64,000 bases of DNA from the NCBI GenBank assembly GCA_963841095.1, contig CAWJBE010000002.1:2278-66277 (forward strand), in the 5' to 3' direction. The position numbers were made by a program, and so were the translations under genes. This document shows positions 20,834 through 29,741 of the stretch, piece by piece. The notes under the pieces were generated by a model. It was given only the letters and a program-made list of their open reading frames with translations, had not been told where the DNA came from and did no database searches. The first letter of the stretch is position 1. Every line of letters begins with the position of its first letter. This DNA comes from an uncultured Acidobacteriaceae bacterium. Its GTDB lineage: Bacteria; Acidobacteriota; Terriglobia; Terriglobales; Acidobacteriaceae.

Positions 20834-21666
20834 TGATTTGGGCCTGGGTCCGGTGCGCCGTGCCCGTTGTTCAGGTGCATGCGTGAAATCAAGGCATGGG
20901 GTCCGCTATAGAAAAATTCAAGAGCAATGTTGCCGCCCACATAACTCAACAGGCTGTAATTGCCCATGCGGAACGCGTCCTTTGCGCCGAAGCGGTCCGG
21001 ATACCACCCGTAAACCGCAATCATGGAGCCCGCATACGGCGCCGCAAGCGCGGGAAATGAGAAGACGCGATGGCCATCTTGCCCGCGGCGCGCTGTCAAA
21101 GTGGAGATCACGGCATGGCGCAACCGTGGAAATGTGCCACTGCATTCGCAGCGGTAGTACAAAGTATCTTCCCTAAAGGCTTCCGCAAGCCCGTAGCGCG
21201 TGGTTGTTCCAATCGTCGCAATGGCGAAGTCGGAACCGAACCTCTTACCGAAACCCTCGACGCCCTGACCCCACTCAGGCGGAGAATTGGTCCACTGGTT
21301 GATTCCAGCCGCGAACGCGGCGCCGATGAGTGGATACGGACCGAATGCGTCGAAAGCATAGTTGTTCACCTTCATTTTTTCGGTCGGCCGAACGTAGGTC
21401 AGGTCAAGCTTTCCAGGATTCGTGATTCCTGTAGTTGCCGACGGATCTTCAGAAGAGGCCAGCGCTTGCGATCGCGCCAGTCCTGGCATCGCGGCCATGG
21501 TCGCCGTGACCAACACCAGGAGTTTTGCCAAGTGAACCACCGTGTCTAGAGCCTTTTTGCCCGTTTGGACGACGCGTCCTCCCGCCAGACGGTTCTGGCA
21601 AGCCAACAGGACATGCGACTCCGAGATCCACTCCGATGACCTCATCGTCGCTCCTTTGATTGGCAT
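20830..21666 (-). CDS. Conserved hypothetical, probably exported/outer-membrane protein
   Basis: Stop overlaps the mlaE start; PPEWGQG.EGFGKRFG, DTLYYRC, WYP motifs; true start probably downstream of 21666. Confidence 0.65.
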   Translation of the reverse strand: MPIKGATMRSSEWISESHVLLACQNRLAGGRVVQTGKKALDTVVHLAKLLVLVTATMAAMPGLARSQALASSEDPSATTGITNPGKLDLTYVRPTEKMKVNNYAFDAFGPYPLIGAAFAAGINQWTNSPPEWGQGVEGFGKRFGSDFAIATIGTTTRYGLAEAFREDTLYYRCECSGTFPRLRHAVISTLTARRGQDGHRVFSFPALAAPYAGSMIAVYGWYPDRFGAKDAFRMGNYSLLSYVGGNIALEFFYSGPHALISRMHLNNGHGAPDPGPNQ

Positions 21667-21946
21667 CGCCCATGTCAGTCACAGCATGCGTCAAGATTGA
21701 ACTGCCACATCGTTGGCTACGCCCATAGAGATAGTTGCAGAGTGGAAGCCTCAAAGGATGGTCACATTTGCACGCAATCGCACGTCGTGTGCTTCCGCAC
21801 CGACCTCGCCGGTCAATCAAGGCGGAATCGACCCCCTCGGACCAAGTGGTCTTCGGGCCTGTGTCCAAAAGAGCACAGTTTTGCTCTGGATTTCAGAGGA
21901 TAATTGAAGAAGCCAGTTGTTTTTACTGTTCGCTGAGGAGCCTGCC

Positions 21947-22459
21947 ATGCCTGAAGTTCATGCTTTCCCTTCCATCCCGACAAAGATCCTGTTGCCCATC
22001 GACTTTAGCTCATCTTCTCAAGCGGCTTTGGAGATAGCTGCTGATCTTGCGAAGCACTTTCATGCGGAACTCTTTCTTCTGAATGTTCTCCCTATGTTTC
22101 CCGCCACGACGCTCCCTGACTTTGTTCCCGAAGGCGAATTCCTGCAGAAGGGCAGATCGCTCGCGGAGCGACATTTGGCCAAGTGCCATACAGCTCTTGC
22201 GGCCAGGGGGGTGAAGTCAACTTCCAGTGTCGAGGTTGGAAACGATATCGCCGGGAACATCATGGAAGTTGTGGAGCGAGAGCATATTGATATGGTGGTG
22301 ATCTCCACACACGGCATCTCCGGCTGGCATCCGCTGGTCTTCGGATCAATTGCCGAAAAGGTGACAAAACTCGTGCGATGCCCTCTGTTGCTTCTGCGTT
22401 CTGCCAAGCCCGGCGAAAATGCAAAGACCCAGTCTGAGCATTCTGGAAGATGGTGGTAG
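21947..22459 (+). CDS. Universal stress protein
   Basis: KILLPIDFS, DMVVISTHG...FGSIAEKV...CPLL; GAGGAG RBS. Confidence 0.92.
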   Translation: MPEVHAFPSIPTKILLPIDFSSSSQAALEIAADLAKHFHAELFLLNVLPMFPATTLPDFVPEGEFLQKGRSLAERHLAKCHTALAARGVKSTSSVEVGNDIAGNIMEVVEREHIDMVVISTHGISGWHPLVFGSIAEKVTKLVRCPLLLLRSAKPGENAKTQSEHSGRWW

Positions 22460-22816
22460 GGAAGACTTGTATCCCCTCCTCGTGGCGTTCAAACGTGCCG
22501 GAGTTCCAGCGCATTTCTCAGAGTGAGCAATATAGTACAGACAGCCTTTCTGGAACCGGGCGATGATGGACAGAGATTGATCGTAGTCGCGGTTGATAGT
22601 GGGCCAAACTTCCCCCATTTTTTTGCGCCTGCTTCACGAGTAGCCACCTCGAGATTGCCTTGCCGGCGCGAGCCGGCATGAAATGCCGTTCACTCGACCA
22701 ATTCGCTTGTGGGTTTTGATTCATTTGCCAATCACTGCAAACGCGGCACACCGCGGCGACGCGTGACTGGATACGAAAAAGCCAACCAGGCAAATAGTCC
22801 GCAACGAGGTAGCGTT

Positions 22817-23521
22817 TTGACAAGTAAAAGAGTCACTGGATTCGATTCTGCAACCTTTCTTGCAAACGCAGGGCTCGGCAGAACTATTATCGAGCTCAAG
22901 CCAAAGCAGACATTTTTTGGCCAGGGAGACAAAGCAGATTCTGTTTTCTTTTTACAGAAGGGCCGCGCAAGAGTCACTGTCGTCTCGCAGAGGGGCAAAG
23001 AAGCCACGATCACCCTTCTATCCGCCGGCGACTTTGTCGGAGAGGAATCTCTCGCGGCGATCATCGGACTGCGTTTGGCGACCGCGACCGCCTTGAATAC
23101 CTGCACAGCCCTCAAGATTAGCAGAAACGAAATGATCCGAGTGATGCATGACGAGCCTGCATTTGCCGACATATTCCTTAAGTTTCTGCTGACCCGCAGC
23201 ATGCGAACGCAGGCTGATCTTGTCGATCAACTGTTTAACTCAAGTGAAAAGCGTCTGGCGCGGATTCTCCTGTTAATGGCGGAATTTGGCAAGCCAGGTC
23301 AGCCAGAAACCTTCATCCCGCCGATTACTCAGGAAACTCTCGCCGATATGATCGGCACCACACGGTCTCGCGTCAGCTTCTTTATGAATCGTTTTCGCAA
23401 GCTCGGCTTTATCAGCTATAACGGCCGCATCCAGGTGCATAAGTCACTCTTGAACGTGGTCCTGCTCGATCAATTGCCTGAACGCAACGCGCAGAAACCC
23501 GCCATTCATCCGATCCCATAA
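22817..23521 (+). CDS. Crp/Fnr-family transcriptional regulator (second copy)
   Basis: Very similar to 7634-8293, HTH TQETLADMIGTTRSRVSFFM; TTG start after GAGGT. Confidence 0.92.
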   Translation: MTSKRVTGFDSATFLANAGLGRTIIELKPKQTFFGQGDKADSVFFLQKGRARVTVVSQRGKEATITLLSAGDFVGEESLAAIIGLRLATATALNTCTALKISRNEMIRVMHDEPAFADIFLKFLLTRSMRTQADLVDQLFNSSEKRLARILLLMAEFGKPGQPETFIPPITQETLADMIGTTRSRVSFFMNRFRKLGFISYNGRIQVHKSLLNVVLLDQLPERNAQKPAIHPIP

Positions 23522-23576
23522 GCAACTTCAATTCGAAGAGCAAAAGAACATCGCGGTCTGAATCCGAATCTCGTCA

Positions 23577-24407
23577 TCAGTGCGAGTGCCCTTCCGCACG
23601 TGCCGCGGTCTCTTCCTCGGTGACGACGAAAAAACTGCGCAAGTCAGCCTGTCCAAACGAAGTGGTCATCGCCACATCGGCGGCATCGCGTCCCGTCGCC
23701 ATCAGCACACGGCCAATCCGCGGTTCATTGTTGCGCGCATCGAAGGTCCACCAGCGCCCGCCTAAATAAGCCTCGAACCATGCGCTGAAGTCCATGGGAA
23801 GCCGCGCGGGCACGCCGATGTCACCCAGATACCCAGTCGCATAGCGCGCCGGAATATTCAGCGCGCGGCAGAAAGTGATCGCAAGATGTTGAAAGTCGCG
23901 GCATACGCCGACGCGTTCAGTAAACACATCCAGAGCAGTCTTTGTGGGCCGGGCCTGCTGGTAGTTGAACGCCACTTTAGTGTGCACCCAGTTGCAAATG
24001 GCTTGCACGCGGCCCCAGCCGGGTGCGATCTGTCCAAAGAGTTCCAGCGCAATGGTGGAAAAACGATCCACTTCGCAGTAGCGGCTGTTGAGCAGGAAGC
24101 TGAGCATTTCGTGTGGCAGATCGCCCACAGCCGATTCGCGCGCTGACCAATTGATCTCATCGAGCAATCCGGTGTCGCGAATGAGCGTGGAATTGAAAAG
24201 CCGCAGTTGCCCCTGAGGAGCGACAAACCGCGCACAGCGGTTCCCGAAGCCGTCAACGTAATGGGTGATATCCAGTCGCGGTTCGGTTTGCACCTCGTCC
24301 GGCTCCAGCAGGTCATGCGCGCGCGAAGGATGCACATTGAGAAGCGCCACCATTGCCACGGTGGCCGGAATATCGAATTGAATGTCGTATGCCAGCCGGA
24401 TCAACAT
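23577..24407 (-). CDS. Transglutaminase-family protein
   Basis: SRYC, GVCRDFQHL catalytic Cys, DFSAWFE, WWTFDAR, GRDAADV. Confidence 0.9.
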   Translation of the reverse strand: MLIRLAYDIQFDIPATVAMVALLNVHPSRAHDLLEPDEVQTEPRLDITHYVDGFGNRCARFVAPQGQLRLFNSTLIRDTGLLDEINWSARESAVGDLPHEMLSFLLNSRYCEVDRFSTIALELFGQIAPGWGRVQAICNWVHTKVAFNYQQARPTKTALDVFTERVGVCRDFQHLAITFCRALNIPARYATGYLGDIGVPARLPMDFSAWFEAYLGGRWWTFDARNNEPRIGRVLMATGRDAADVAMTTSFGQADLRSFFVVTEEETAARAEGHSH

Positions 24408-24474
24408 GTAGACACCCCAAAATTGAGAACCAGCGTTGACGGTCTTCGCGGTCGCTGAGTTTCAGAAATCGCAA

Positions 24475-26235
24475 TCACTTGAGCCTTTCAGCCATTAGGT
24501 GGTCCGCTACTCGAATCGCATTCGCGATGATGGTGAGAGAAGGATTGACCGCACTCGCTGAGACGAAACATGAAGCATCGACAACATAAAGATTGTCGAG
24601 TTCGTGCGCCTTGCACTGTGGATCAAGCACGCTGGTTTTCGGATCTGTTCCCATTCGGCAGGTGCCGTTTTGATGGCCGACGCCTTCAAGGGGAATGCGC
24701 TTCTTGAAGTATGCATGAAGCGGAACAGATGTGCTGGCGTGGCCGGCCTTCTTGAGGATGTCGACCCAGCGGTCTTTGAGGCGCTCGAAGGATTCGACAT
24801 TGTTTGACGTGTAAGAGAGCTGAATCCTCCCAGGTGGAGTATTTGTCACGGGCTCGGACTCGTTGCTGCGGCCAGTATCTCCCGAAGGATGGGCTCCGAC
24901 AAGACCTGGTTGATACGCTTCGACCGAGAGCGGAGTAGTGTTGTGCAGGGTGACGCGATTCTCAGGGTCGGGAAGATCTTCCGTGGTGAGCCACCAGGGA
25001 ACAGCGTGGTGTTTCATTCCTTCCAGGACAAGTTCCGGAGTGAATGGTGGAGCGTTGCCCTTCATCATCTCAAAGTGAAAGCTGCCAACCGGTTGCACCT
25101 GTCCTAGCGGAAACGGATAAGCTGGGTCGGTATCTTTGAGGTAGAAATCGTTGGTGCCCCAGGTCTTGGTGTAGCTGTCCTCGTTGCGGTCAGTGCTGAT
25201 TGCGAGCAGTGCGTCGGCTTGATGATACATGAAGTTGCGTCCCACCTGATCGGAGCGGTTGGCGAGACCTTTAGGATGCTTATCGTTGGCTGATGCCAGA
25301 AGAATCACTGCTGAGTTTATTGCCCCCGCGCACACAGCGAAAAGATCGGCCGCGTAGATGGCAGCGTTGCCGTCCTTTGATGCCGGCGGAGCATTCGCCA
25401 CGGCTGGTTCGAGAGCAGACCCATAAGGCACGCCCGCGCCGGAGTGGATCACCTCGACTGAAGTCACAGCGGTGCCGCTGCTGTTCGTGAGGAGGCGTAT
25501 CACGCGCGAATTCGTCATTAAGGTGACATTGGGTAAGTGCATGATCTGCCGAATGCAGTTGATATCCGCATCGGATTTTGCGTGGACCAGACATGGGTAG
25601 CCGTCGCACGTATCGCAGCGTACGCATTTTGAGGCAAGAGGATTTGCCTCGTCGCGCTTGAGACCGAGCGGAATCGGGAAGGTGTTAATCCCAAGCTTCC
25701 GAACATCGTCCTCGATGGACTGCATGCGCGGTTCGTTAGCGAAGGCGGGATAAGGATACTTCTTGGAATGGAACGGCTCGGTGGGATCGAAAGAAGAGCC
25801 AAATCCGCCTGGAACGGATGGGGCGGCGCCAAGATCGCCGTGAACGTGAAAAAGCTCTTCCGCGCGTGTGTAATAGGGTTCCAGATCGGAGTAGGAGATG
25901 GGCCACGCCGGAGAAATGCCGCCCTTATGGTGGATGACTCCGAAGTCTGCGGCACGCATGCGAAACAGGGCCGCGCCGTACACTTTTGTTTGTCCACCTA
26001 CATAATAGGACTGCTGCGGGTGCAGGTCTTTGCCGTCTTTATCCTGCCAGGTTTCCTTGGTGTGATATCGATTATCGAGGAAAACAGCGGAGGTGTCCCA
26101 GTTCAGCTTTTCCTGAGGCATGAACGGGCCCCGCTCCAGGATGAGAATGTTTTTGCCGGCTTGAGCCAGGTGGAAAGCCAGGGTTCCACCGCCCGCGCCG
26201 GTTCCGATAATGATTGCGTCGTATTGAGTCGCCAT
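24475..26235 (-). CDS. GMC-family oxidoreductase
   Basis: IIGTGAGGG FAD motif, GGQTKVYG, CVRCDTCDGYPC, HQNGTCRMG, NPSLT. Confidence 0.92.
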   Translation of the reverse strand: MATQYDAIIIGTGAGGGTLAFHLAQAGKNILILERGPFMPQEKLNWDTSAVFLDNRYHTKETWQDKDGKDLHPQQSYYVGGQTKVYGAALFRMRAADFGVIHHKGGISPAWPISYSDLEPYYTRAEELFHVHGDLGAAPSVPGGFGSSFDPTEPFHSKKYPYPAFANEPRMQSIEDDVRKLGINTFPIPLGLKRDEANPLASKCVRCDTCDGYPCLVHAKSDADINCIRQIMHLPNVTLMTNSRVIRLLTNSSGTAVTSVEVIHSGAGVPYGSALEPAVANAPPASKDGNAAIYAADLFAVCAGAINSAVILLASANDKHPKGLANRSDQVGRNFMYHQADALLAISTDRNEDSYTKTWGTNDFYLKDTDPAYPFPLGQVQPVGSFHFEMMKGNAPPFTPELVLEGMKHHAVPWWLTTEDLPDPENRVTLHNTTPLSVEAYQPGLVGAHPSGDTGRSNESEPVTNTPPGRIQLSYTSNNVESFERLKDRWVDILKKAGHASTSVPLHAYFKKRIPLEGVGHQNGTCRMGTDPKTSVLDPQCKAHELDNLYVVDASCFVSASAVNPSLTIIANAIRVADHLMAERLK

Positions 26236-26325
26236 ATGAATTGAGATGCGAAAAGCAGATTACCTTTTGCTAAGGCCGCCGCCAGATAAGGCATCAATTT
26301 TCGCTTCACTCCTTTCTTGGGGAGA

Positions 26326-27180
26326 TTAAGGGAGATCTGTTTCGACCGAGAGGCCGGCCTGGTGCGAGTGGCGATGCAATGGGAAGTGACAGAGAAAAGG
26401 ACACGGATAGTTCGGATCGGGGTGCAGCTTGGCGCAGAGGACATTCTCTTTGCCGTAGACGCGGATATAAATCTCTGCCGAGGTCATCATGCCGAGGAGC
26501 GGCGCCGCAAAGTAGAGCCAGATCGCGGTCCAAACGTTGGCGAACACCGCCGATCCGGTCGTTCTCGCGGGGTTAATGCTAAAGCCTGAAACGGGCGCGA
26601 AGACTAATACGTAGAACATAATCAGAATGCCAACCAGGTAGCTCGTGTATCGAGCGAGCGGCGGTCGATTCGAGAACCAAAGCACGACCAGCATGAGGAG
26701 AGCGGCCATAAAATACTCCGCGCAAAACGCAGCGGCTGTTCCGCCCCATCGAGGAACCGTAACCGCAGGCACCGTAACCGCGTAGTCCACCGCAGGAACG
26801 GCTAGGCTGCCGCGCAGGCAAAGCGCCGAAAGCCCTACACCGCAGATCCCCCCGATGAATTGCGATAGAACATAGAAACCTGCATCCCATTTGTTGATTT
26901 TGCCGAGCCGGAAATAGGTCAACGTGATGGCAGGGTTGAAGTGAGCGCCGGATCGCCTTCCCATAGGCGAACGAATAATAAGAATAGCTGTCGCGCCCAT
27001 GGACATTCCCATCAATAGTCTTCGCAATGCGCTGCTGGGCAGAAGATGCGGCGCGGGCAGTTTCGGATCAAAAAGCCAAACAGTGAAGAAGCAGGCCGAG
27101 ATCATGAAGATCGCGAGCTCGACACCTTCATCGACATACAGGCGCCAATGGCGCTTAAATGCGGCCCTTAATGGGTGCAT
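26326..27180 (-). CDS. MIP/aquaporin-family channel
   Basis: SGAHFNPA and SINPAR motifs; His/Cys-containing C-terminal tail. Confidence 0.9.
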   Translation of the reverse strand: MHPLRAAFKRHWRLYVDEGVELAIFMISACFFTVWLFDPKLPAPHLLPSSALRRLLMGMSMGATAILIIRSPMGRRSGAHFNPAITLTYFRLGKINKWDAGFYVLSQFIGGICGVGLSALCLRGSLAVPAVDYAVTVPAVTVPRWGGTAAAFCAEYFMAALLMLVVLWFSNRPPLARYTSYLVGILIMFYVLVFAPVSGFSINPARTTGSAVFANVWTAIWLYFAAPLLGMMTSAEIYIRVYGKENVLCAKLHPDPNYPCPFLCHFPLHRHSHQAGLSVETDLP

Positions 27181-27502
27181 CGCAGCCGATGAAGTGAAAC
27201 TGTTTTGCTTTCCGGCCAGACAACTCCCCTTCCCTGTCACTGACGAGCGTAACTCTCCTGCGAAACTCAATCGTCCAAACTCCCGCCAGCTAGCAAACAG
27301 TAACTTCGTAGTTCTGACCCTCGCAGCGAAGGTCTTCCGTCCAAAAAAACGGGAGACGAGGACACTTCCCAGTCTAAGACGTTGATCTCAACAGGAATGA
27401 CCAGTATTGCTCTATCGATCTACGCATCCCGGATGAGTACCTGCACTCAATGGGACAGTGCGTTCTCCGTCGATGAGTTAGCATAACGACTTGAGGTGAA
27501 GT

Positions 27503-28270
27503 ATGCGTTTGCAGGGGAAAACCGCCGTTGTAACGGGCGCAGGAACAGGAATCGGCCAGGCAATTGCAATCGCGTTCGCTCGGGAGGGCGCAGCCGTGGT
27601 CGTAGATTATGTTGGCGACGCGTCCGTCCCGAATGACACAATCACAAAAATCGACGCGATAGGCGGGAAGTCGCTCGCCGTCGATGCGGATATCTCGATT
27701 ACAAATCAGGTGAACGCCTTGATTCAGCAGACGGTTGCCGCTTTTGGCAAGCTTGATATTTTTGTGAACAATGCCGGCATCGAGAAGAAGTTTCCCTTCG
27801 TCGACTACCCACTGGAAGAATGGCAGAAGATTATGGCAGTCAATCTGACTGGGCCGTTTCTATGCTCTCAAGCTGCGGCGAAGCAGATGATAGCGCAAGG
27901 CGGCGGCGGCCGCATCATCAATATTTCTTCAATTCATGAAGATCTTCCCATGCCGACGAACGCTCCTTATTGCGCTTCCAAAGGCGGCCTTCGCATGTTG
28001 ATGCGCACCATCGCTGTCGAACTGGCGCCACATCAAATTACCGTGAACAATATTGGCCCTGGCGCTATCTACACGCCAATTGACAAAGATGTTGAAAGCA
28101 ATGCGAAGCTCAACGATCAGATACTGGCGGAAATTCCTCTGGGGCGATGGGGAAAGCCTGAAGAAGTAGCGCAACTGGCGGTTTATCTTGCATCGGATGA
28201 CGCCGCTTATATTACGGGCAGCACTCACTTCATCGATGGCGGCATGTTGAGAAACTCTGGCAGCTTATAG
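27503..28270 (+). CDS. Glucose 1-dehydrogenase-like SDR
   Basis: TGAGTGIG, NNAGIE, SSIHE, YCASK, PLGRWG. Confidence 0.9.
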   Translation: MRLQGKTAVVTGAGTGIGQAIAIAFAREGAAVVVDYVGDASVPNDTITKIDAIGGKSLAVDADISITNQVNALIQQTVAAFGKLDIFVNNAGIEKKFPFVDYPLEEWQKIMAVNLTGPFLCSQAAAKQMIAQGGGGRIINISSIHEDLPMPTNAPYCASKGGLRMLMRTIAVELAPHQITVNNIGPGAIYTPIDKDVESNAKLNDQILAEIPLGRWGKPEEVAQLAVYLASDDAAYITGSTHFIDGGMLRNSGSL

Positions 28271-28411
28271 GGAGCTACACCCTCTCGCTTGATCTGGGGC
28301 TATCCTACCGCACCATGCGAGCCAGCGGTTTCAGGCTCGAAGCGGAATGCTGCACAGGTGTCATTGGGCAGAATGAGATACCTCGTTGGATGCAAGGATA
28401 ATTGCGATTAT

Positions 28412-28567
28412 GATGCTCGCGCCAAGCTCCTCGCCAACCCACGCGTCAGGCTGGTCGAGCCTCGGCACGGCGGCCACTGCGCTTTTCTGTCGTTCGAGCC
28501 CGGCGACGCAGGCTTCTGGGCGGAGAGAACACTACTCGACTTTCTCGTCGCGACAGTAGAAGGCTAA
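28412..28567 (+). pseudogene. 3' fragment of a YheT-family hydrolase gene
   Basis: ARAKLLANPRVRLVEPRHGGHCAFL...WAERTLLDFL matches the C-terminus of 1908-2966 (RARLLANPHIDFVEARYGGHCAFL...WAEATIVRYL); no N-terminal part present. Confidence 0.8.
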
Positions 28568-28594
28568 CCGTGGCGGCCGACTGGTTGGCTTAGA

Positions 28595-28680
28595 TCAGTT
28601 CAGACTCAGATTGTCGATGACCAGATGGATGGTATCGGCCTCCGGGTAGCTGCCCACCTTTACAGCCTTGACCGTGGCGT
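28595..28680 (-). mobile_element. IS630-family transposase fragment
   Basis: Minus frame reads GSYPEADTIHLVIDNLS, matching the IS630 DDE YP.A..IHLV.DNL motif. Confidence 0.6.
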
Positions 28681-28793
28681 CTGTATCAGGCGAGATGCAC
28701 GGCAAGATTTATACCTTGCTTGACCCATATTGGCAGATCGCCAAATCCAAAATTTGCCAAATCTAACTAATATAAAGAGATAGAGATATAGCT

Positions 28794-28869
28794 TGGGGCG
28801 GCTAGTGGGGATCGAACCCACGACATCCTGAGCCACAGTCAGGCGTTCTGCCGCTGAACTATAGCCGCC
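28794..28869 (-). tRNA. tRNA-His (anticodon GTG)
   Basis: GGCGGCTATAGTTCAGCGGCAGAACGCCTGACTGTGGCTCAGGATGTCGTGGGTTCGATCCCCACTAGCCGCCCCA, with G-1:C73 and CCA. Confidence 0.97.
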
Positions 28870-29039
28870 GTTTACCGTATCGATTGTAGCATCGAAGCAG
28901 ATCTCCCAAGACCTTCCGGAGAGGAGCGAAACTGCCGCAGCGCGAACCAGATGCGACCTCTCCAAGCGCCTCCCCACCTGCCGGCGCCGCAACGGTTGAC
29001 CGTTGGAATCGCGGCGCCTGGCTCTTTCGCGATGAGACG

Positions 29040-29468
29040 TTGCGCAAGCTCGAAGTTTTGCTCGATGAAGCGTTTCGCATTCCAGGCACGCGTATTCGCT
29101 TTGGCCTCGATGGAATCATCGGCCTCGTTCCTGGCCTGGGCGATGCGCTGGCGGGGCTGCTTTCGCTCATCATTCCGCTGGCCGCGTGGATTCGCGGCGT
29201 GCCCTACATCGCCCTCGTTCGCATGGCAGCGAACCTCGGCATCGGCGTGCTCGTCGGCACCATCCCACTGTTCGGCGATGTCTTCGACATTCTATTTAAG
29301 GCCAACCGCCGCAACTATCGCCTGCTCTGCCGCCACCTGGGCGAGCCGCGCCGCCACACCTGGCGCGACTGGTGTTTTCTGCTGTTGCTGGGCGCTGTCA
29401 TGGCGCTCATCTTAGCGTTGCCGGTAGTGCTCGTATTGTGGATACTCGCGTGGCTCCTGCGCCAATAA
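29040..29468 (+). CDS. DUF4112 membrane protein
   Basis: LLDEAFRIPGTRIRFGLDGIIGLVPGLGD, FKANRRN; start uncertain, probably further upstream. Confidence 0.85.
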   Translation: MRKLEVLLDEAFRIPGTRIRFGLDGIIGLVPGLGDALAGLLSLIIPLAAWIRGVPYIALVRMAANLGIGVLVGTIPLFGDVFDILFKANRRNYRLLCRHLGEPRRHTWRDWCFLLLLGAVMALILALPVVLVLWILAWLLRQ

Positions 29469-29519
29469 CTGCACTCAGCCAGGGCCCGCAATAAACGGGT
29501 TACAATCGAAACAGGTTAT

Positions 29520-29596
29520 CGGGGCGTAGCGCAGTCTGGTAGCGCATCTGCTTTGGGAGCAGAGGGTCGGGGGTTCGAATCCCTCCGCCCCGACCA
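29520..29596 (+). tRNA. tRNA-Pro (anticodon TGG)
   Basis: CGGGGCGTAGCGCAGTCTGGTAGCGCATCTGCTTTGGGAGCAGAGGGTCGGGGGTTCGAATCCCTCCGCCCCGACCA. Confidence 0.97.
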
Positions 29597-29607
29597 TTCA
29601 TCAGCGG

Positions 29608-29725
29608 GTCTGACCCGGAGACATGGCTTACAGAACGTACCAGTGACATGGGTGACAGTTTTGGGCCGAACGGATTGTCGAGCGGTTCAAGCACTCTGTT
29701 CTCCAGCCCGAACTCTCCCATTGGC
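29608..29725 (-). mobile_element. IS481-family remnant (transposase C-terminus plus right end)
   Basis: Minus frame LENRVLEPLDNPFGPKLSPMS resembles IS481 transposase C-termini; tandem end motifs gacatggcttaca (29620-29632) and gacatgggtgaca (29645-29657). Confidence 0.7.
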
Positions 29726-29741
29726 CGGGATTTGATCCAGC

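Noticed and set aside
22346-22618. Small ORF between the USP and second Crp genes
   Set aside because: It overlaps the USP gene antisense and has no clear RBS or recognisable motif.
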